Shown: piece by piece, positions 17,280-24,188 of the stretch
Position numbering within the stretch: position 1 is the stretch's first letter
How the letters are laid out: each line of letters begins with the position of its first letter
Origin: Candidatus Krumholzibacteriia bacterium
GTDB lineage: Bacteria > Krumholzibacteriota > Krumholzibacteriia > WVZY01
Reading direction: 5' to 3'
Assembly (NCBI GenBank): GCA_046754105.1
Contig: JBHHVD010000049.1
Span: 1 to 24,188 of the forward strand
DNA length: 24,188 bases
Position numbers and translations under genes: made by a program
The notes under the pieces: generated by a model
Database searches by the model: none
What the model was told of the DNA's origin: nothing
The model's input: the letters and a program-made list of their open reading frames with translations, nothing else

Positions 17280-17800
17280 TGTGACTCCCCCTTGGTATTG
17301 GACGTTACATCTTCGAGCAAGCGGTTCAGCTTGCCGATCTTGGGCGGTCCCAGGTAGGCCAGTCGCCCGTCCGCATCGAGAACGCACACCACGGGGACAA
17401 ACTCTATCCCCATAATCTTGCCATTCTTCTCTCCCGGATCGGCGATGATCAGCCCCGGCAGCTTCCGGCTGGCCGCGACCCTGGCGACCTTGCCCGGTTC
17501 CTCTCCTACGCTTACCGCGGCCCACACCGGGGCCAGCGGTGCGTCGTCGTACCGACCTGCCAACTCCTTGAGTTTCGGCCAGTCTCTCTTGCACACCGCG
17601 CACCAGGTGGCCCAAAACACCATGATCAGGGGATGGTCCTGGCGCATGGAATCCCACGACAACGTGTCGCCGGCGACCGACAACCACGCCAGATCCGGCG
17701 GCGCCTCTCCGATGCGGAGATCGGCGCTCGATGCGCGCGTCGTTGTCGCTACAAAAAGGAGAGCGCAGAGGACGAGGAATGCAGTGCGGCGGGACCGCAC
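17276..17800 (-). CDS. TlpA/ResA-like periplasmic thiol-disulfide oxidoreductase (thioredoxin fold)
   Basis: FWATWCAVC motif, cis-Pro FVP and LDADG. Signal peptide after GTG 17800, with a GGGAGGA RBS. Confidence 0.88.
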   Translation of the reverse strand: MRSRRTAFLVLCALLFVATTTRASSADLRIGEAPPDLAWLSVAGDTLSWDSMRQDHPLIMVFWATWCAVCKRDWPKLKELAGRYDDAPLAPVWAAVSVGEEPGKVARVAASRKLPGLIIADPGEKNGKIMGIEFVPVVCVLDADGRLAYLGPPKIGKLNRLLEDVTSNTKGESQ

Positions 17801-17891
17801 GGCGTTGATATTCCTCCCGATCGACCTTGCGAGGAGCGTCGTAGGCACAGTATGAGACATCCTGGGCGATAGTGAACGGCAATAAAGCGCT

Positions 17892-17921
17892 ATGATACCA
17901 TACTTGCAGGTCTGCATTCAA
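17892..17921 (-). promoter_or_regulatory. Sigma70-type promoter of the TlpA operon
   Basis: Minus strand TTGAAT (17921-17916), 18 nt spacer, TATCAT (17897-17892), with an extended TG. Confidence 0.5.
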
Positions 17922-18004
17922 TTCAGAAGTGTGCGAGCTAGAGCCTTGCGCGAGGAATCGATGCGGTGGAGCGCCGAGATAACGGCAGGCGCCGCAACAT
18001 CAAA

Positions 18005-18018
18005 TTGACATATGTCAA
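18005..18018. promoter_or_regulatory. Fnr/Crp-like palindrome
   Basis: TTGACATATGTCAA is a perfect 14-bp palindrome with TTGAY-N4-RTCAA geometry. Confidence 0.55.
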
Positions 18019-18155
18019 CTGTCGCGACGAGAGTCGGGAGTCAAATGTGTGAGCGTGGTGGCGGTACCGCCTCGAATGTCACCCAGAGAACACCCGTGGC
18101 CGCGCGTCCGCGCCGTCCCCGGCGAGACCGCCACTCACGCTCCGCCGCCGATTCG

Positions 18156-19382
18156 TTAGAAGGCAGCGTCAAAAACCACCGTGATGCGTCCCTCCTTTTC
18201 CACGTACTGGGTTGGTGCGTGGACGTCGCCCTCCCATCCCACCTGTACCTTGATGTTCTCCTTGGGAAAGGCCGTGGCGAACACGCCGAGCCGTGACCAG
18301 TGCTCGAGCTCGTCGTTCTTCGTAAAGTTCTCGAAGATCACACTCGGACCGGCCAGGGGGCGGTCGCCCGGCATATAGAAGTAATGCGCCTCCGCCGTGC
18401 CGACCCAGTCCCTGCTCGTGTCGTCACCGATGCCGTCCATAGTCAGGTCCAGAGAGTCTTCGGCGACCACGAAGATGAGGTTCAAGTGGGCGGACTTGTA
18501 GTCGACCTGGGCGTCACCCCCGAACGTGTTCCAGCTGAAGCCGTCCAGCTTGGCCTCCGTGACGGCGTCGAAGTGTGTCGCCTTGGTCCGGGTATAGAAG
18601 CCGCCGACCGACACCTGGGGCGTGGTTTCCGTTTCCGCCAGAACGTCCACGGCGGCGCGAAAGCTCAGGTCGAACGGATCCTCGCCCTCGATATCCAGTC
18701 CTTTGTTGGGATGATCGTGCCACGAGCCCATGTAGAACACCTTGTCGTAGCGGCCGCTGACGCTCAGGAACTGGCCGGTGCCCGGCAGGAAGCCGTCGAC
18801 GACGCGCCCGTAGCGGTTGGTCTTGCGCGCGTTGAGCGTGTTGTAGGGGTCCGCGAAGAACGGGCTCGACCAGCCGGCGTAGACGTTGAACTCGGGCCGG
18901 TTGTGGTAGCCGACGATACCGTGCGCGATCCAGATGTCGAAACCACGCTGATCGTTGTCGTTGTTTACGATTTCGTCCTCGCCCTCCAGCTCCGCGAAGA
19001 ACGAGAAGTCCTCGCCGAACGAGCCCGCGAAGAACACCTCGAATTCGTGAAACGCCCGGATCTTGAGGCGCTTGTCCTTGTCGGTCACCGGCGTCGTCTT
19101 CGTTTTCGAGTGGCGCCAGTCGATGAGCCGCATGTTCATACGGCCGGAGATCGGTATGTTCTGGTACCAGGCCAGGTCTTCCGATATCTTCTCGTCGGCC
19201 GCGTCGTAACCCGATTCCTTGAAATCGCGGCCGAAATTGGTCAGCTGCGACCACGTGGTATGGCAGCTGCTGCACGCTTCCTTGGTCTCGCGCGCGAAAC
19301 CGGGGACAGCCGATGCGTCGAACGCCCAGCCGACCAACCCAACAAGGACGGCGACGGCAACGCATGTTTGTAAATTTCTCAC
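18156..19382 (-). CDS. Cyc2-like monoheme cytochrome c-porin fusion
   Basis: GAGGAGG RBS, GTG 19382 and a signal peptide, then VPGFARETKEACSSCH...LTNFGRDFKESGY (the Cyc2 N-terminal signature). Followed by beta-strands ending in a C-terminal Phe (VVFDAAF). Confidence 0.8.
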   Translation of the reverse strand: MRNLQTCVAVAVLVGLVGWAFDASAVPGFARETKEACSSCHTTWSQLTNFGRDFKESGYDAADEKISEDLAWYQNIPISGRMNMRLIDWRHSKTKTTPVTDKDKRLKIRAFHEFEVFFAGSFGEDFSFFAELEGEDEIVNNDNDQRGFDIWIAHGIVGYHNRPEFNVYAGWSSPFFADPYNTLNARKTNRYGRVVDGFLPGTGQFLSVSGRYDKVFYMGSWHDHPNKGLDIEGEDPFDLSFRAAVDVLAETETTPQVSVGGFYTRTKATHFDAVTEAKLDGFSWNTFGGDAQVDYKSAHLNLIFVVAEDSLDLTMDGIGDDTSRDWVGTAEAHYFYMPGDRPLAGPSVIFENFTKNDELEHWSRLGVFATAFPKENIKVQVGWEGDVHAPTQYVEKEGRITVVFDAAF

Positions 19383-19564
19383 GACTACCTCCTCGAGTCG
19401 AAGACACACGCCGGTTGCACCGGCGTCTTGAGATCGCAAAGTCTGGCTCCGATGGCTCGCAACCGGAGCCGCGCTCGGCACAGTACCGGAACAGAGTCGT
19501 CCCTCAACAGCGAGTCTGAGTGGACAACGCAAGAAAGCGTTCTGTCAAACAGGAATTTGCAAGG

Positions 19565-19578
19565 ATGACAAATGTCAA
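19565..19578. promoter_or_regulatory. Fnr/Crp-like site upstream of the Cyc2-like gene
   Basis: ATGAC-AAAT-GTCAA. Confidence 0.45.
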
Positions 19579-19793
19579 TGCGGGTATGGCCGGGGGATAC
19601 GTTGCGGCCCGTGACCACCGGTGCCACGAGCAGCGCGGGTCGTCGCGGGAAATTCGGGGAGAGAAGCGGGACCGAGCGAGCGGCAAGCCATGCCGGGCGC
19701 GGCACCACCCAAGCCAGGAGTGTAACTTACACTAGGACAACGGGTTTCCGGCGGCACCCGCCCGGTCCGCCACACTCATGGATACGGTATAAA

Positions 19794-19807
19794 TTGATAT
19801 TTGTCAA
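19794..19807. promoter_or_regulatory. Fnr-like site, overlapping a possible minus-strand -35
   Basis: TTGAT-ATTT-GTCAA, a 9/10 match to TTGAT-N4-ATCAA. The minus strand also reads TTGACA-17-TATCCA. Confidence 0.55.
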
Positions 19808-19867
19808 GTTTTTTTGGGGGCGGCGCCCAGCCCCTCGAAAACCCGCCACGAGTATGAGACGGAGATA

Positions 19868-22800
19868 TCATTTGAGCAACAGCATCTTGCGGGTCCTCGT
19901 GAAATCGCCCGCCCGCATGCGATAAAAATAAACCCCCGAGGCCACCCGGCCGCCGCTCCGGTTCCGTCCGTCCCATGTTACGCGTTTTGTGCCCGCCGTC
20001 GTCGGCTCGTTGACGAGTGTCCGTACCAACCGGCCGGCGACGTCGTACACGGCCAGCGTGACGTGGGCCCCGCCGGACGGCACATCGAAAACGATCGCCG
20101 TCGTCGGGTTGAACGGATTGGGCACGTTCTGGTAGAGGGCGAAACGCGCAGGCGCCCGTGGCGTGTCCCCAATACCGGTTGGGCCGCTCGGTAGTGCGAC
20201 AACAAACGGCGAGAACGAATCCGTCTTCCCGCAGATCACGTTGAGCAATGTGTCGAGGCTCGTCGTAACGTCCACCCAGCCCGGCAGGAGGTCGTCGTAG
20301 TGCAAGAGCACCAGGTCGCTCTCCATCCCGGGAATCTTCGTTTCGTCATAACTGATGCAGATTTCGATCGAATCCGTGTAACTACAGTTTGTTGCGAGTG
20401 TGTAGTACGTCGCGGAATCCCCGAACGTAAAGCTCCCCGATGCCGGTGGCCCGGCTGGACTCGTCACCAGGGTGGTCGTTCCCCCGACGGACACGCTATC
20501 GAAGGTGACGGTGACGGGCGTCGTGCCGGTCGTCGAATCCACGGGATCCACCGTCACGTTTATGCCCGGGAGTGTGTTCAAGAAGTCGATGCAGGGTGAG
20601 AACTCCGATGTACTGCCGGTGGCCATGTTGGTCGCCGTCGCCGTGATGTGCGTGCCGGAGAAGTTCGCCGGGTACGTGAGATTGAAGTTTCCCAACCCAA
20701 CACCGTTGGTGACGAGTGTGTCCTGGCCGATGAAGGTTTCACCCTCCCCGTGGAGGAGGGAATCGCATTGGGAACTGGCAAAGAACTGGATATTAAACGA
20801 AGTCAACGCTTTGCTGTCGAGCACTCCCGCTATGGTCACACCACCCCCCACGGCAGTGGCCGATGAGAGGTCGGGAAAGTTCTGCAGGTGGTTGGGGCCG
20901 ACGTCGTTGTCCCACGGGTCGTTGGGAGTAACACCGTCGTTTCCAAGGTCGATGCCGAGACCGCTATTGGGGGCCACCGGAACATTCGAATGGATACGGT
21001 TCGAAAGGATGGAATTGCCGAGACCAAATGTGAAAACAACCACGCCACTCTGGTTGTACGCGATGGTGTTGCCGCGGTTGACCGTTGTCCCGCCGATCAT
21101 GTGGCTGGTGGAAGTGATCCTGACACCGAGGATCCCGTTGCCGAGCGCCTGCGTTCCGTTCGCCCCGGTGCCTATGAAATTACCTTGCACGCGGTTGGAA
21201 AAGCCTACCAGACCCAGGAACACACCGGAGTCGCCGTTGCCCGAAATGACGTTGCGGGCGGACGGCGCCGTGCCACCCACCAGGTTGTAGGATCCTCCCA
21301 GCGCCACACCGTACTGCGTATTGGGTACGGCTACGGTGCCCGTCGGGTCGGTGCCCAGGTAGTTGCCCTGGACGCGACAGCTGTCGCCCGAGACCTCGAT
21401 ACCGTTGACGAACCCGTTAATGGCCAGCCCGCGAACGGTGCTGTTATTCGCGAAGAGGCGCAGACCAGCGGGAAGGCTTCCCGTACCACCGCCGCTGAGC
21501 TCGATCTGGAGTGCGGCGTCGCCGGGCAGGCCGGGGCCGGCGGTGTTGGGTACGGAGCCCGGCTGCGAGTAGCCGTCGATGATCGTGCTTCCGGTTATTG
21601 GGGGGAGCCAACTGAGTGGAGCGATCGTGTGTGGGCCCGGGCCCGGGATGTCGAACACGATCCAATCTGTGCCCGGTGCGGCGTTCGCATCGAGGATCGC
21701 CTGGCGAAACGACCCCGGGCCGGAGTCGCCGGTATTGGTGACCGTCGCTCCGGCGTTCAATAACGCCAGGACGGCGACGTTGTCGATCAGGGGCGCGTGG
21801 CTGTGGCAAGCGCCGGTGCCAAACACGCCGCACCAGAAAGAGCACACATCCCAGGCGTCGATGCCGATCTGCACGTGGGTGGCCCCTGGTTCATTGGGGA
21901 TCCGGTATTGAAAGCGATCCCAGGCCTTGTAATCACCGAACGCGACAAAACCCCAGTGATCCCAGGGCGTGAGGAGCCCTCCGACTATGAAGCGGCGCCG
22001 GAAACTATATCCCACGAGGTTGTCCTGCGGCAGGTCCTCGTATACGTCGAACTCGAGCCGCAAGCTATCCGGTACCGCGGCGAGTGGCAGGCCGCCTGCG
22101 TCGCGGCCGAGATCGATCCACGGTGACTGAATTTCGTTGTTGAGATAGTCGCGCAGTAGGGTCGATCCGGGATTATTCGTAAACGGAACCGCCGGCTGTT
22201 CGGGATGCCCGCCGCAGTCATAATTATCGGGCGAGCCGTTGAAGAAAACCCAAAAGTGCGAGTTGTTGGTTACGAGCGTATCCTCCTGGAGGACGGTCGA
22301 GCCGTCGACGAGCGCTGAAAAATCGCCGAAGGCGGGGCCGACGGTAGACCGCCAGTCGCCGTCGGACGTCACCCGGGCTCCGGGACTCTCGCTCTCGAAA
22401 TCTTGCAGGTCTATAATGCCGGTGCTGTCAGACACGGTGATCGCGTCGATGACCGCGGCGCCATCGCTGTCGTAGAGGCCGTCCTCGTCGGAATAGTCGG
22501 GATCCGATTCAAAGCGGAAGCGGAACTGGATCTGGCTGCCCAGGCTGTCCCGCGGAATGCTCACGCTTGCCAGGAGGCTACCCGTTCCGCCGTACGAGCG
22601 CACACGCCGCCATTCTCCGCTCGCGCCCTTGTACTCGACGAAGGTACTGTCATATCCCGGCTCACTGTCATAGCGGATCAGATACGCCAGCGTAACGTCG
22701 CCGGCCGTCGGAAACACGACCGACTCGAAACGTTGACTCCAATCGTCTCCGTACCCGGGGTAGGACGAGCCAATGGTGGTCGTGTCGCCGCGTGTGCCAC

Positions 22801-23149
22801 ACCACAGGGACTGACTGCCTTCGAGCGGCACGTACGGCGCGCCGAGCCCCCCGAAGTCGTCCACGTGGAAGAAAGTATCGATCTGGGCGGTCCGATCGAC
22901 GGCGGTCCATCCCTGCGCGTCCGCGCCACCGAGTCCGTCTTCGAAATCGTAACTGGCCAGTGCGACAGAAGCCGACGACGCCGCCCCCCGGCGGGGAAGG
23001 TCCGAGGGCCGTGGCCGGTGACCGGGCTTTGGGCGGCCGACAGGGATCGGTATGCGGAAGGCCGTGTCAGAGTCCCGGGACACCGGGCTTTCATGAGAAA
23101 TGAACGTAATGAGAAGAACCAGCACAGCGATAACCAGAAGTTTCCACAT
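19868..23149 (-). CDS. Large secreted protein: N-terminal beta-sandwich domains, parallel beta-helix region, C-terminal FlgD-Ig/T9SS-type-A-like sorting domain
   Basis: GGAGGT RBS and a signal peptide. VTNTGDSGPGSFRQAILDAN followed by repeated GN.IG / NVISGN beta-helix turns. Tail LYQNVPNPFNPTT..YDVAGRLVRTL..WDGRN..SGVYFYRM..RKMLLLK. Confidence 0.88.
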   Translation of the reverse strand: MWKLLVIAVLVLLITFISHESPVSRDSDTAFRIPIPVGRPKPGHRPRPSDLPRRGAASSASVALASYDFEDGLGGADAQGWTAVDRTAQIDTFFHVDDFGGLGAPYVPLEGSQSLWCGTRGDTTTIGSSYPGYGDDWSQRFESVVFPTAGDVTLAYLIRYDSEPGYDSTFVEYKGASGEWRRVRSYGGTGSLLASVSIPRDSLGSQIQFRFRFESDPDYSDEDGLYDSDGAAVIDAITVSDSTGIIDLQDFESESPGARVTSDGDWRSTVGPAFGDFSALVDGSTVLQEDTLVTNNSHFWVFFNGSPDNYDCGGHPEQPAVPFTNNPGSTLLRDYLNNEIQSPWIDLGRDAGGLPLAAVPDSLRLEFDVYEDLPQDNLVGYSFRRRFIVGGLLTPWDHWGFVAFGDYKAWDRFQYRIPNEPGATHVQIGIDAWDVCSFWCGVFGTGACHSHAPLIDNVAVLALLNAGATVTNTGDSGPGSFRQAILDANAAPGTDWIVFDIPGPGPHTIAPLSWLPPITGSTIIDGYSQPGSVPNTAGPGLPGDAALQIELSGGGTGSLPAGLRLFANNSTVRGLAINGFVNGIEVSGDSCRVQGNYLGTDPTGTVAVPNTQYGVALGGSYNLVGGTAPSARNVISGNGDSGVFLGLVGFSNRVQGNFIGTGANGTQALGNGILGVRITSTSHMIGGTTVNRGNTIAYNQSGVVVFTFGLGNSILSNRIHSNVPVAPNSGLGIDLGNDGVTPNDPWDNDVGPNHLQNFPDLSSATAVGGGVTIAGVLDSKALTSFNIQFFASSQCDSLLHGEGETFIGQDTLVTNGVGLGNFNLTYPANFSGTHITATATNMATGSTSEFSPCIDFLNTLPGINVTVDPVDSTTGTTPVTVTFDSVSVGGTTTLVTSPAGPPASGSFTFGDSATYYTLATNCSYTDSIEICISYDETKIPGMESDLVLLHYDDLLPGWVDVTTSLDTLLNVICGKTDSFSPFVVALPSGPTGIGDTPRAPARFALYQNVPNPFNPTTAIVFDVPSGGAHVTLAVYDVAGRLVRTLVNEPTTAGTKRVTWDGRNRSGGRVASGVYFYRMRAGDFTRTRKMLLLK

Positions 23150-23267
23150 GTGAAACCTCCTGAATTGAGCGCAGGGGGTGCGCCCGGGCAGAGTAGCGTT
23201 ATTGGGCGAGGCTTGCTACAGGTTAGATTATAAAGTAAGCAGATAACATACGTCCACAGCACAAGTC

Positions 23268-23281
23268 ATGATTTTTGTCAA
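23268..23281. promoter_or_regulatory. Fnr/Crp-like site upstream of the FlgD-domain gene
   Basis: ATGAT-TTTT-GTCAA. A minus-strand TATAAT lies at 23232-23227. Confidence 0.45.
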
Positions 23282-23370
23282 TGTTCGCGCGCGTGGCCGC
23301 GGGGTCCGTCGTGTGCCCGGCGGATGGGCGTCGGCACGAGACGCATCAACAAGGAGAAACCAGCGGCCCG

Positions 23371-23901
23371 TCAGGAGTCCGCACGCCCGAAACCGTTCGG
23401 GGACGACGTAGTGATTTCTACGGTGACGGTGTCGGCCGGGGTAAAGAAAGAGAGGGTCGCAATGGAGTAGTAAGGACTCTCCCTGGGGGGAAAGATCGCC
23501 ATGGAGGGCCGCATCTCGGGGCCGGCGAAACCGCAGGTCCCGAATTCATCGAGCGGGTAGACGGTCATCTCGGGAGCGAGCTCGCGCAGCGCGAAGTCGC
23601 GGATCGTCCCTCCCCGGACCTCGAACAGGCTTCTTTCGCCGATGGCGTACGCCTGAAAATCTCCGTCCGGGTCGAGATGACCGAATTCGTAGGTTGAATC
23701 CGACACTTCGAAGTAAACGGCCATCCAGTATTTTTCCCCCGGCCGCGCGTCCCTGTGCGGCCGCGACGGTCCTCCGCCGAAAACCATCACGAGACGGCAG
23801 GCCGACGGCCCGGCGCCCCCGGTCCTTAGCTGCTTGATTTTCATGCAGCCGGCCGCCGCGAGAATCGACACGGCAACTATGCAGATGGTCTTCGTTCGCA
23901 C
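23371..23901 (-). CDS. Hypothetical lipoprotein
   Basis: GGAGGT RBS before GTG 23901. MRTKTICIVAVSILAAAGC lipobox. Confidence 0.65.
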   Translation of the reverse strand: MRTKTICIVAVSILAAAGCMKIKQLRTGGAGPSACRLVMVFGGGPSRPHRDARPGEKYWMAVYFEVSDSTYEFGHLDPDGDFQAYAIGERSLFEVRGGTIRDFALRELAPEMTVYPLDEFGTCGFAGPEMRPSMAIFPPRESPYYSIATLSFFTPADTVTVEITTSSPNGFGRADS

Positions 23902-24188
23902 CTCGATACCTCCAGGATGATCGATGATCCGGCAGCGTAGAGTGTAGCCGTTTCGACTCGAAACTTCTATCGGTATGAGCGGGGGCGGCAGGTGTCGGAG
24001 CCGTGCCCCGTGGACTCCCTGGCTCGGGAGTGCTAGTCTCAATGCGTCAACAAGGACTCGCAGTGTGTGGTTGGCCGGGCGCCAGGACGGGGGCGCTCCG
24101 GCTCAAACAGTCCTCGCGCGCCGACGAGGGGCTGCTTTCCCATCACCCACGGTTTGTGGGCGGTCGGCGCGCTGCGGAACTCGCCGTC

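Noticed and set aside
17196..17921. 241-aa minus-strand ORF as a gene
   Set aside because: Mostly an alternate frame over TlpA. Only its last 27 codons (from ATG 17279) are real, as the barrel's signal peptide.
1..24188. CRISPR arrays, tRNA/rRNA genes, IS elements, integrases
   Set aside because: No regularly spaced repeats, cloverleaf or rRNA signatures, or transposase/integrase motifs were seen by eye.

Overview
High-GC bacterial window with about 19 genes, mostly for envelope or secreted proteins. The FlgD-Ig-tailed giant secreted protein and a 'VEEATWG.xK' motif suggest an FCB-associated candidate phylum such as Krumholzibacteria, Latescibacteria or Eisenbacteria (inference). The left half holds a YSC84/SYLF protein, a His-rich outer-membrane beta-barrel, an ACT-like protein, a large lipoprotein, a coupled acyltransferase/polysaccharide deacetylase pair, an S8 protease, a PIG-L deacetylase, a solo PD-(D/E)XK-like nuclease, two membrane-anchored paralogs (one with a YHS domain), and a molybdopterin oxidoreductase fused to an IscS/NifS cysteine desulfurase. 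The main signal is on the minus strand at 15.7-19.4 kb, where a Cyc2-like cytochrome-porin gene lies upstream of a translationally coupled operon: TlpA thioredoxin -> beta-barrel -> lipoprotein. The ORF track splits the barrel gene. It really starts at 17279 with a signal peptide and has an in-frame TGA at codon 28, near the predicted mature N-terminus, followed by a SECIS-like hairpin, making it a candidate outer-membrane selenoprotein. Four Fnr/Crp-like boxes lie upstream of these minus-strand genes. No rRNA, tRNA, CRISPR array or transposase was seen.
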